Assembly (NCBI GenBank): GCA_024710875.1
Contig: JANJTX010000143.1
Location: 1 to 54,530, forward strand
Source: Anaerolineales bacterium
Lineage (GTDB): Bacteria; Chloroflexota; Anaerolineae; Anaerolineales; UBA11579
Length of the DNA stretch: 54,530 nt
Direction: 5' to 3'
The notes below the pieces were generated by a model that had not been told where the DNA came from, did not search any database, and saw only the letters and a list, made by a program, of their open reading frames with translations. Position numbers and translations under genes: made by a program. Numbering within the stretch: the stretch's first letter is position 1; each line of letters begins with the position of its first letter. Of this stretch, positions 7,636-15,882 are shown in pieces.

Positions 7636-8532
7636 GTGAACCGCCTTGCCCTGCTTTGCCTCTTATTCCTGGCCGCCTGCGCCCCGGCCGCCGCGCCTGC
7701 ACCCGCGCTGCCCACCGCCGTACTGGCCGCCAGCCCCACCGCGACTGCCAGCTCTACCCCCACACCGCCCGCCAGCCCTACCGCGCCGCCGACCGCCAGC
7801 CCCACCCCGCTGACCTGCTGGAACCAGGGCGGCCAGACTTTCGCCGACTTCATCCCCAGCGCCGTACTGCCCCAACCGCTGGAATTTCAGGTCTATCTGC
7901 CACCCTGCTATGAGGCCGAACCGGAGCGCCGCTACCCCGTGCTCTACCTCATCCACGGCCAATCCTTCACCCATGACCAATGGAAACGTCTCGGCGCCCC
8001 CGCCACAGTAGACCAGTTGGTGGCATCCGGCGACCTGCCGCCCTTCATCATCGTCATGCCGCGCGACCGCGTCTGGACCCAGCCCAGTGAAGATTTCTTC
8101 GGCCAGGCCGTCATGCAGGAACTCCTCCCCTATATAGACGCCACCTACCGCACCCAGCCAGAACGCCAGTACCGCGCCATCGGCGGCCTCTCGCGCGGCG
8201 CTTCCTGGGCGCTACACCTCGGCCTCGGCCAGTGGGAATCCTTCAGCGCCATCGGCCTGCACAGCCTGCCGGTCTTCTGGGAAGATGTCCCCCGCCTGCG
8301 CGGCTGGCTGGCTGAAATCCCGCTCGAAGAATTGCCCCGCATCTATATCGACATCGGCGAGCGCGACCGGGAAGAAATCCTGAACTCGACCTTTTACTTC
8401 CGCGACCTGCTGGACGAACTCGCCATCCCGCATGAGTACAACCTTTTCACCGGTCGCCACGAAGAAGCCTACTGGGCCAGCCATGTGGAAAAATACCTGC
8501 GCTTTTACGCCGCCGAATGGGGCGAGGAATAG
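7636..8532 (+). CDS. Secreted esterase-family lipoprotein (PF00756-like 'putative esterase')
   Basis: Signal peptide with lipobox (LFLAACAP), a T/P/A linker, YPVLYLIHG and a GLSRG nucleophile elbow. The start was moved to the in-frame GTG at 7636. The longer ORF from 7486 overlaps the DUF3179 gene. Confidence 0.65.
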   Translation: MNRLALLCLLFLAACAPAAAPAPALPTAVLAASPTATASSTPTPPASPTAPPTASPTPLTCWNQGGQTFADFIPSAVLPQPLEFQVYLPPCYEAEPERRYPVLYLIHGQSFTHDQWKRLGAPATVDQLVASGDLPPFIIVMPRDRVWTQPSEDFFGQAVMQELLPYIDATYRTQPERQYRAIGGLSRGASWALHLGLGQWESFSAIGLHSLPVFWEDVPRLRGWLAEIPLEELPRIYIDIGERDREEILNSTFYFRDLLDELAIPHEYNLFTGRHEEAYWASHVEKYLRFYAAEWGEE

Positions 8533-8537
8533 CCGCC

Positions 8538-9557
8538 ATGCTGGAAGCCCGCGCCCTCTACAAATCCTTTGGCGAGACCCGCGCCCTGGTGGATGTCTCC
8601 TTCACCCTCGCCCACGGCAAAGTGCTGGCCGTCCTCGGCCCCAGCGGCAGCGGCAAATCCACCCTGCTGGCCGCTCTGGCCGGGCTGGAACCGCCGGATA
8701 GCGGCCTTGTCCTGTGGGGCGGGCAGGACCTCACCGCTACGCCCACCCACCAGCGCGGTTTCAGCCTGATGTTTCAGGATTTCGCCCTCTTTCCCCACCT
8801 CAATGTGGCCGCCAACATCGCCTTTGGCCTCAAAATGGCTGGCCACACCGCCGCCGAGCAGACCGCTCGCGTGACCGAAATGCTGGCGCTCGTGGGGCTG
8901 CCGGGTTTTGAAAAACGGGATGTCAACAATCTTTCCGGCGGCGAGCAGCAGCGCATCGCCCTCGCCCGCGCCCTGGCCCCCGCCCCGCGCCTGCTCCTGC
9001 TGGATGAACCCCTTGGCGCGCTGGACCGCGCCCTGCGCGAACGCCTGCTGGCCGACCTCGCCCGCATCCTGCGCGCCACCCGGCAGACCGCCATCTACAT
9101 CACCCACGACCAGGACGAAGCCTACACCATCGCCGACCAGGTGGCGGTGATGAACGCCGGGCACATCGCCCAACTGGATACACCCCAGGCTCTCTATCGC
9201 CAGCCGACCTCGCCTTGGGTGGCGCGCTTCCTCGGGCTGGATAATATCCTGGATGGGCAGGCCCGCGCCGGCACGCTGGAAACCGCTGCCGGGAGTTTGC
9301 CCTACCCCGGCCCGGCGCGCGGCCCGGTGCAAGTATTGCTGCGGCCGGATGCCGCCACCCTCGGCGACACGGGCGAAATCAGCCTGCGCGGCCGCCTGAC
9401 GGAAAAGGCCCTGCGCGGCGGCCTGCAAAGCCTGTGGCTGGAGGTCAATGGCATCCGCCTGCGCTTTGAGTTCCCCGCTGCCGTGGCCCTGCCAGAGGTT
9501 GGCGCGTCCCTCACCCTCCACTTGCCGCCCTCGGGCCTTCAGGTCTGGCCGGAATAA
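8538..9557 (+). CDS. ABC transporter ATP-binding protein (PotA/FbpC-type importer ATPase)
   Basis: Walker A (GPSGSGKST), signature (LSGGEQQR) and Walker B (LLLLDEP), plus a C-terminal regulatory-type extension. No cognate permease or binding-protein gene is adjacent. Confidence 0.85.
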   Translation: MLEARALYKSFGETRALVDVSFTLAHGKVLAVLGPSGSGKSTLLAALAGLEPPDSGLVLWGGQDLTATPTHQRGFSLMFQDFALFPHLNVAANIAFGLKMAGHTAAEQTARVTEMLALVGLPGFEKRDVNNLSGGEQQRIALARALAPAPRLLLLDEPLGALDRALRERLLADLARILRATRQTAIYITHDQDEAYTIADQVAVMNAGHIAQLDTPQALYRQPTSPWVARFLGLDNILDGQARAGTLETAAGSLPYPGPARGPVQVLLRPDAATLGDTGEISLRGRLTEKALRGGLQSLWLEVNGIRLRFEFPAAVALPEVGASLTLHLPPSGLQVWPE

Positions 9558-9583
9558 AAAAGACGGCCCGCAGGCCGTCTTTG
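9556..9583. terminator. Bidirectional intrinsic terminator
   Basis: An A-run, then AGACGGCC-cgca-GGCCGTCT, then TT, between convergent genes. Confidence 0.6.
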
Positions 9584-9602
9584 GCAATCAGAAACCAGCG
9601 CA

Positions 9603-9785
9603 CTACGGCGCGAATGAGCCGCCCAGCAAATACTCCACGACGAAATCACCGCCATACCAGGCCGCCAGCGTCAACGTGCAACAACAGCACAGCAATAACA
9701 ACGCCCCGCCGCCCAACAGCAACATCCGCCGCCGCTTATCCGGGGCCGTGGCAGAAACTTCCTGGGGCACTAATTCTTCGGTCAT
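9603..9785 (-). CDS. Small single-pass membrane protein (hypothetical)
   Basis: 60 aa counted from ATG 9785, with a GGAGG 10 nt upstream. It has one hydrophobic helix containing a CCCC run and follows the DUF4190 gene on the same strand. Confidence 0.35.
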   Translation of the reverse strand: MTEELVPQEVSATAPDKRRRMLLLGGGALLLLCCCCTLTLAAWYGGDFVVEYLLGGSFAP

Positions 9786-9812
9786 GCGCAACAATCCTCC
9801 AGCGAATTTGAA

Positions 9813-10148
9813 TTACAGCCCAAACAGCAGGCTGATAAACTGCGAACCGCCGCCAAACGGGATCAAGCACAGTGGCAAACCCACCCCGAACGCCACCGCC
9901 ATCACCACCATGCAAATGCCCAGCAGGGTCATCGCAATCGAGGTGTAGCCCAGCACCAGCCCGATGGTCGCCAGGCCGTCGCCCGCCAGCCCGGTCTCAC
10001 GGATTTCTTTCTTCGCCATGTGGCCGGTTACCACCGCCACCAGCGACCCAAAAAACGGCACCAGCGACCAGCCTACAATTCCGGCGATTAAACTGACAAT
10101 CGCCAGCGTGCTGTTGGCGGCAGGGATTTGTGGCGCAGGGTTTTCCAT
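9813..10148 (-). CDS. DUF4190-like small membrane protein
   Basis: 111 aa with two or three TM helices. The pattern IVSLIAGIVGW...VTGHMAKKEI is typical of DUF4190. Confidence 0.6.
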   Translation of the reverse strand: MENPAPQIPAANSTLAIVSLIAGIVGWSLVPFFGSLVAVVTGHMAKKEIRETGLAGDGLATIGLVLGYTSIAMTLLGICMVVMAVAFGVGLPLCLIPFGGGSQFISLLFGL

Positions 10149-10174
10149 CGATTAATGTACCTTTACATCCGGGG

Positions 10175-10771
10175 TCAGAGGTCGGCTTGCTGTAGTTTTC
10201 GGTTCTCGCGCCGCCACACCCACCAGATCAGCCACGAGACGAACAGCACCGTCAGCGCGCCGATGAACACCGGCAGCAAAATCGCCAGAATGGACAGGAA
10301 GGTTGCCAGAATGTCTTCCGCCACGCTCACGAACACATTGCCGGTTCCACCGGTGGTGGCGGTAACCGCCGGGCGCATCGCCCCGGCCTTGGCCGTATGC
10401 ACCGTGCCCGCAATCAGCAAGCCGGCCGCCAGCGAAATCGCCGGGTGGATGTCCGTCACTACCTGGGCGCTGGCCGCAAATGCCACCGCCCCGGCCACCG
10501 GCCGGATGAAGGTGTGGATGACATCATTGGCGTGGTTCACCGCCGGCACTTTATCGGCAAAGAATTCCACCACCGAAAGAAAAATCAACAGCGAAATAAT
10601 CCAGCCATTTTCAAGGTTGTTATAGGGCGCCTGCAAATCCAGGATATTCCAGCCAAAGGCACCGGATAACCGCGAGACAATCGCAATCATCAGCAACGGC
10701 ACATAGGCATTCAAGCCGGCGCTGGCCGAAAGCCCAAAAGCGGAAAATACACCCAGCAATAGTTCAGTCAT
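10175..10771 (-). CDS. DUF4126 domain-containing membrane protein
   Basis: 198 aa. The N-terminus (FGLSASAGLNAYVPLL) is characteristic of DUF4126, and there is a GGAGG RBS. Confidence 0.65.
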   Translation of the reverse strand: MTELLLGVFSAFGLSASAGLNAYVPLLMIAIVSRLSGAFGWNILDLQAPYNNLENGWIISLLIFLSVVEFFADKVPAVNHANDVIHTFIRPVAGAVAFAASAQVVTDIHPAISLAAGLLIAGTVHTAKAGAMRPAVTATTGGTGNVFVSVAEDILATFLSILAILLPVFIGALTVLFVSWLIWWVWRRENRKLQQADL

Positions 10772-10849
10772 AGTTGTTTTTTACCTCCACTAGATTAATA
10801 CGCAAGCGGCGGCGAAATGTTGTAACCGGCATCCACCGGATTGACCACA

Positions 10850-10858
10850 ATTGTAACA
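10850..10858 (-). promoter_or_regulatory. Extended -10 promoter element (TGTTACAAT)
   Basis: The reverse complement of attgtaaca lies about 80 nt upstream of the DUF4126 start. Confidence 0.35.
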
Positions 10859-10866
10859 TCCGCTCA

Positions 10867-11892
10867 CTAACTACCCGCTACCAGCAGCCGCCGCAGCGCA
10901 TCCAGCGTTTGCAGAGCGGTCAGGTTGCGCATCGCCCAGCCGGTGCGCAGTGGGCTGCGGTAATCAAACCGCCCCGGCGAGCCCTGCGTCAGGTGAAAGC
11001 GGTCTTCATACAGCCCCTGTTCGGGCAGGTCCTGCAAACTGGCCCAGAAGTTCCACAATGGGATTTCATAGGCCCGGGTCGTTTCCACAATCGCCCGGTT
11101 AATGCTGTGGTCGCCCTCGAGGTTACTGGCCTTGGTTGCCAGCACCGGAATCACACCCTGCAAAATCGTGTACTGCACAATTTTTTCCAGGTTTTCGCGG
11201 TAGCCCGCCGCATCGCCATTCCAGTTCTCTTCCAGGCTGATGAGCGCAAACGCCGCCCGGCTCAAGCGCAGTTCGCAGGCCAGCGGCCCTTCATCGCGGG
11301 CACAGGCCAGCGGGTCGGCCCACAAGGGCGAGAAGACCGCCGCCACATTCTGGCCGCCATTGGCCGCCACCCCGCCGCCAAACGAGCCTTTGAACCAGTC
11401 AATCGTGGCCTGCAAATCGCCGTATTCGCCCAGGTGGTAATTCACCCCCGGCTGGCCCTCGAACTCGGTGAAGAAATAGGTCGGGATGCTCTGGCAATCG
11501 CCAATCACCGAAAAGCGCCGGGCGTCGCGGCCCAGCCCCTGCCCGATTTCAAACAGGCGGTGCATCCGGGCGCTGACGGCCTGCGGAAAGACCGGCAGCG
11601 TCTTCCACTCTTCGGCTCCCAGCGGCGGCACGGCCAGCGGCACGGCCAGCTCGGCCAGGCCCGGCGCGGGGGTGGCCGTTTGGGCGGGCGCAGTCGGCGG
11701 CTGGGTGCCGGGAACCCGGGTGGCGGCCGCGCTGGTCGGTTCCAGCCCTACCGTGGGGATGAATGGCGCCGCTGTCGGGCTGGCCGGGGTTTGCGGCCCG
11801 GCGCAACCCGCCAGCCAAACGCCCGCCCCCAGGCCCAGCAATTTCAAAACATCACGGCGGCTCAAGGCCGGCCGGGGTAGATTTGTTTTCAT
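10867..11892 (-). CDS. Tat-signal lipoprotein, possible SGNH/GDSL-like hydrolase
   Basis: Twin-arginine motif plus lipobox (SRRDVLKLLGLGAGVWLAGC), followed by a P/T/A linker. VIGDCQS resembles SGNH block I. Start set at ATG 11892. Confidence 0.45.
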   Translation of the reverse strand: MKTNLPRPALSRRDVLKLLGLGAGVWLAGCAGPQTPASPTAAPFIPTVGLEPTSAAATRVPGTQPPTAPAQTATPAPGLAELAVPLAVPPLGAEEWKTLPVFPQAVSARMHRLFEIGQGLGRDARRFSVIGDCQSIPTYFFTEFEGQPGVNYHLGEYGDLQATIDWFKGSFGGGVAANGGQNVAAVFSPLWADPLACARDEGPLACELRLSRAAFALISLEENWNGDAAGYRENLEKIVQYTILQGVIPVLATKASNLEGDHSINRAIVETTRAYEIPLWNFWASLQDLPEQGLYEDRFHLTQGSPGRFDYRSPLRTGWAMRNLTALQTLDALRRLLVAGS

Positions 11893-11986
11893 AGATGACC
11901 TCTGGCTCACTCAAGTTCCTTCAGCCGTATAGTATAGTAGGGAAAGTAAAGCCCGTTGCCTTAAGTTTCTGTGGTTTCCCAATTCA

Positions 11987-13204
11987 ATGAAAAAGACCTT
12001 CCTCACCCTGATCACCGCCGCCTTCTTACTGGCCTGTAACCTCGCCACCACCCACCCCAGCGACCTGCGCACCCCGGCCGCTGAACCCGAAGCCACATCC
12101 GCTATAGCCAGTGAATCAGTAGGCGCCACCGCGCCCAGCGTGGCCTCGGCCGCCAACCCCACCGCCGCCCCGCCCGAAGGGGTTGGCCCGGTAAATTTCC
12201 CGGCCGGCATCAACCCCCTCACCGGCCTGCCCGTCAGCGACCCGGCCGTGCTGGAACGCCGCCCGGTGGCGGTCAAAATCAACAACTACCCGCGCTCCAA
12301 CCGCCCGCAGTGGGGCCTTTCGCTGGCCGATATCGTTTTTGAGTATTACCACAACAACGACCTGCCGCGCTTTCATGCCATCTTTTACAGCCGGGATGCC
12401 GAACTGGCCGGCCCCATCCGCTCCGGCCGCCTGCTGGATGTCCACCTCTTGCACCTGTACCACAGCAATTTTGTCTTTGGCAGCGCCGATGCCCGCATCC
12501 TCGACCAGCTACAAGCCCAACGCTACGCCGACCGGCTGGTGTACCTGCTGGATGGCGCGCCCTGCCCACCCCAGCCGGTCTGCCGCTTTGAACCGAACGT
12601 CTACAACTACCTGCTCACCAGCACCGCCGCCACGCGCGAGTACTTGAGCCTCTACCGCAACCTGCCGGATGACCGCCCCTACCTGGATGGCATGTGGTTC
12701 AACCTCGGCCTGCCCCAGGGCGGCCAGCCGCTGGAACGCCTGCACATCCGCTATTCCTACGGCGCTTACCTGTACTGGCAATGGGACCCAACCACCGGCC
12801 GCTACCTGCGTTATCAGGATGCCCAGGATGATGTCCAGGGGCGGGGCGAAACCTACGAACTGCTCACCGACCGTCTGACCGGCGAAGCGATTGCAGCCGA
12901 GAATGTGGTCGTGCTGTTTGTGCCCCACCGCGACGAGGTCTACCAGCCGCCCGCCAACGGCAACCCGGCCGTGGAAATCATTGACATCCAGCTGGAAGAC
13001 AGCGGCCCGGCCTACGCCCTGCGCGACGGCCAGCTTTTTGAAGTGCGCTGGCTGGTGCCCCAGGCCGGCGTGCTGACCCTGACCTTTACCGATGGCACGC
13101 TCTACCCCTACAAACCCGGCGTCACCTGGTACCAGGTCGTCAGCACGAAAACCAACCCGCGTATTGACGGCCTGACCGCCTGGTTTGACTTCGTGCTGCG
13201 CTGA
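11987..13204 (+). CDS. DUF3048 domain-containing lipoprotein
   Basis: Lipobox (LLACN) and the conserved core PVAVKINNYPRSNRPQWGLSLADIVFEYY...IRSGR. Confidence 0.75.
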   Translation: MKKTFLTLITAAFLLACNLATTHPSDLRTPAAEPEATSAIASESVGATAPSVASAANPTAAPPEGVGPVNFPAGINPLTGLPVSDPAVLERRPVAVKINNYPRSNRPQWGLSLADIVFEYYHNNDLPRFHAIFYSRDAELAGPIRSGRLLDVHLLHLYHSNFVFGSADARILDQLQAQRYADRLVYLLDGAPCPPQPVCRFEPNVYNYLLTSTAATREYLSLYRNLPDDRPYLDGMWFNLGLPQGGQPLERLHIRYSYGAYLYWQWDPTTGRYLRYQDAQDDVQGRGETYELLTDRLTGEAIAAENVVVLFVPHRDEVYQPPANGNPAVEIIDIQLEDSGPAYALRDGQLFEVRWLVPQAGVLTLTFTDGTLYPYKPGVTWYQVVSTKTNPRIDGLTAWFDFVLR

Positions 13205-13268
13205 CGCCCCAAACTGCCGCACCCGCCGGTTTTTCTTTTGCCCCTGCCTGTGCTATAGTCCAATCTGA

Positions 13269-14765
13269 ATGTCCCCTTTCCTGCGTTTTTGCCTGCTGCT
13301 TGGCAGCGTCTTCATTTTCGCCTGGGCTTCTCCGGCGCTGGCCGGCCCACTGGCGCAGGCCACGGCTTCAGCCACCACGACCGCCAGCCCCACCGCCACC
13401 AGCACTCCCTCTGCTTCCGCCAGCCCCACTGCCACCGCCAGCCCAACTGGCACGGCCTCGGCCACGCCCAGCGCAACCGGAACGCCCCCCACCGCCACCC
13501 TGACCGCCTCGGTCACTCTCACGGCCAGCATCACCCCCACCGCCAGCATCACACCCACCCCCACCGAGACCGCCACACCCAGCCCCACTCCCACCGGGCC
13601 GCCGGTCGTCATCCCGCTCATCATCAGTCAGCCCACCCCGGTCGGCTTCGGGCCGGATGTCTTCCCCTACAACATCAACCCGCTCACCGGCCAGGCCGTG
13701 GCTGACCCGGCCCTGCTGGAACGGCGGCCCATCGCCGTCAAAATCACCAACTACCCCCGCACCGTGCGCCCGCAATACGGCTTGAGTCAGGCCGATATCG
13801 TCTTTGAATACTACATGGAACGCGGCATCTCCCGTTTTGTGGCCCTGTTCTATGGCAACGATGTCGAACGCGTCGGCCCGGTACGTTCCGGCCGCTTTTT
13901 TGACGAGCACGTCTTCCGCATGTACGATGCGTTCTTTGCTTTCGGCTACGCCGACCCGCGTGTGCTGGATTATTTTGAAACCCTCGGCACCTACTGGACA
14001 CAAAGTCTGGTGCTCGACCCGGGTGACAACCCCCAGCAATGCGACCCTGATGTCGCCCGCTGGTTCTGCCGCGATTTCAGCCTGATTACCTACAACAATC
14101 TGTTCGGCAACACCGCCGCCATGCAGCAGGTCGTCTCGCGCCGCCCGATTGGCAACCACCGCCCGAACCTGACGGGCATGCGCTTCACCAGCCGCCTGCC
14201 CGCCGGCGGCTCGCTGGCTCTGGAAGTACGGGTGCGCTTCTCGACCCTCATTTACACTCTGTGGGAATATGACGTGCTCGCCGGGCGCTACCTGCGCTTT
14301 CAGGAGACGATTGGCTACGCCGACACCAGCCGCGAAGAGTACGCCCCGCATGTGGATGCCCTCAATGGCGCCCAACTCGGCGCCGACAATGTGGTTGTGC
14401 TACAGGTTCCGTATCTCTACTTCGTCAAGACCAACACGACAGAAATCGTCAATGTGCCGCTGTATGGCGAAGGCACCGCCTTTGTCTTCCGGGATGGCTT
14501 CGCCTACCCGGCCCGCTGGGTGCGCCCCCAGAACGGCATCCTGCAACTCTATGATGAAAACGGCGAGGTCTTCCCCCTGCGCCCCGGCCAGACCTGGTTT
14601 GAAGTCATCAGCCTGGATTCAAACATCGTTTACAGCGCCACCGATTGGCGCTTCACCCACATCATGCCGCCCGACCCGGAAGACCCCATCAACCCCAATG
14701 GCGACAACCCACCCTGGGGCATCTACGACCCGGTGGAAATCCTCGGCGAAGGCTGGGATGAATGA
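13269..14765 (+). CDS. DUF3048 domain-containing protein (paralog) with a long T/A/S/P linker
   Basis: Core PIAVKITNYPRTVRPQYGLSQADIVFEYY...VRSGR. It has a signal peptide and a low-complexity linker of about 80 aa (13380-13620). Confidence 0.75.
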   Translation: MSPFLRFCLLLGSVFIFAWASPALAGPLAQATASATTTASPTATSTPSASASPTATASPTGTASATPSATGTPPTATLTASVTLTASITPTASITPTPTETATPSPTPTGPPVVIPLIISQPTPVGFGPDVFPYNINPLTGQAVADPALLERRPIAVKITNYPRTVRPQYGLSQADIVFEYYMERGISRFVALFYGNDVERVGPVRSGRFFDEHVFRMYDAFFAFGYADPRVLDYFETLGTYWTQSLVLDPGDNPQQCDPDVARWFCRDFSLITYNNLFGNTAAMQQVVSRRPIGNHRPNLTGMRFTSRLPAGGSLALEVRVRFSTLIYTLWEYDVLAGRYLRFQETIGYADTSREEYAPHVDALNGAQLGADNVVVLQVPYLYFVKTNTTEIVNVPLYGEGTAFVFRDGFAYPARWVRPQNGILQLYDENGEVFPLRPGQTWFEVISLDSNIVYSATDWRFTHIMPPDPEDPINPNGDNPPWGIYDPVEILGEGWDE

Positions 14766-14777
14766 TCAACTGCCCGA

Positions 14778-14905
14778 TTAGAATCTCTTAAATAAGTTCT
14801 ACGAGTTATCTTAATTGCTATCTTCGATTGCGAAACTCACATGGCATTGACGCGTAGGGGCGAAGCATGCTTCGCCCCTACCAGATCTAGACGCTATTTC
14901 AAGGA
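14778..14905. repeat. MITE-like ~125-bp element with a central 28-nt perfect palindrome (copy 1)
   Basis: The palindrome GTAGGGGCGAAGCATGCTTCGCCCCTAC is at 14854-14881. The flanks (cttcgat..cgaaact..., gacgctatttca) are shared with 35396-35516. It lies between convergent genes. Confidence 0.75.
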
Positions 14906-14947
14906 CTTTTAAAACGCTCTCTTAGAGAGCATCAAGCCCGCTGCCGC

Positions 14948-15718
14948 CTACCACGCCCAGCCTTTCAACCCATCCATCGCCGCGTAGGCCGTCAAATCCA
15001 GATGCAGCGGCGTGATGGACACAAATCCCTGCGCCAGCGCCCCAAAATCCGTGCCATCGTCCGGCACGCCATCCGGAAATTCCCCCCCAATCCAGTAATA
15101 CGGGCGGCCGTGCGGGTCGGTCCGCCGCACCAGTTCATCGCGGTACACCCGTAACCCCTGGCGCGTAATGTGAAACCCTTTAATCTCCGCCAGCGGAAAA
15201 TAAGGTACATTCACGCTTAAGAGGGTATTGGGCGGCAACCCATTGGCAATTACCTGCTCCGCCACCCGTCGCCCCACTTCGGCCGCCGGTTCGTAATCCC
15301 GCTCGCCCTGATGCTGGGGCGGCGTATTCAGTGAAACCGCAATCCCCGGCAGCCCGCCAATGGCGGCTTCCATGGCGGCCGTCACGGTGCCGGAGTAGGT
15401 TACATCATGCCCCAGGTTGGCCCACGGGTTAATCCCGGAAACCACCAAATCCACTTTCTTATCCAGCAGGCCCAGCAGCGGCAGGGCCACGCAGTCACTC
15501 GGCGCGCCATCGGTGGTCAGGGCCGGGCTACCGTCTGCCAGCGTGGTCGGGCGCACCCGTAACGGCCGATCCAGCGTTTTTACATGCCCGGAAGCCGACC
15601 AGTTGCGGTCCGGCGCCAGCACGGTGACCTCCCCCAGCGGCCGCAAGGCCTGCGCCAGCGCCAGCAGCCCCGGCGCCGTAACCCCATCATCATTGGTTAC
15701 CAGAATATGCATCGCCAT
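14948..15718 (-). CDS. surE: 5'/3'-nucleotidase SurE
   Basis: MHILVTNDDGVTAPGL plus NWSASGH are the classic SurE motifs. The start is either 15718 or 15712. Confidence 0.9.
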   Translation of the reverse strand: MAMHILVTNDDGVTAPGLLALAQALRPLGEVTVLAPDRNWSASGHVKTLDRPLRVRPTTLADGSPALTTDGAPSDCVALPLLGLLDKKVDLVVSGINPWANLGHDVTYSGTVTAAMEAAIGGLPGIAVSLNTPPQHQGERDYEPAAEVGRRVAEQVIANGLPPNTLLSVNVPYFPLAEIKGFHITRQGLRVYRDELVRRTDPHGRPYYWIGGEFPDGVPDDGTDFGALAQGFVSITPLHLDLTAYAAMDGLKGWAW

Positions 15719-15763
15719 CTCTCCATGTTCAATATGTTCTCCTCCATCCCCGTGTTTCCTTAA

Positions 15764-15791
15764 TTACCAGTTACTACTTACCAATTACCTC
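15764..15791. repeat. STRR-like heptamer array (TTACCAG TTACTAC TTACCAA TTACCTC)
   Basis: Four contiguous 7-nt units. The same family occurs at 23504-23538 and 44990-45017. Confidence 0.8.
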
Positions 15792-15882
15792 TTCCCCTGT
15801 CTCCATGTCTCCCCGCCCTACCCCGAATCTGGGGTATTATATCTGCTGCCTGTTGGCCCGCTGTTCAGGTACACCCGCACCT

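Noticed and set aside
8505-9587. A 360-aa minus-strand ORF. Similar long antisense ORFs occur at 13368-14375, 22459-23517, 29503-30552, 19497-20078 and 48141-49229.
   Set aside because: Each lies opposite a gene with unambiguous family motifs (ABC ATPase, DUF3048, MutY, DEAD-box helicase, and so on) and has shadow-type composition.
13380-13620. Repetitive GCC/ACC/CCC-rich DNA that could be mistaken for a repeat array.
   Set aside because: It is in frame within the DUF3048 paralog and encodes a T/A/S/P low-complexity linker. There is no repeat-spacer periodicity, so it is not a CRISPR array or a satellite.
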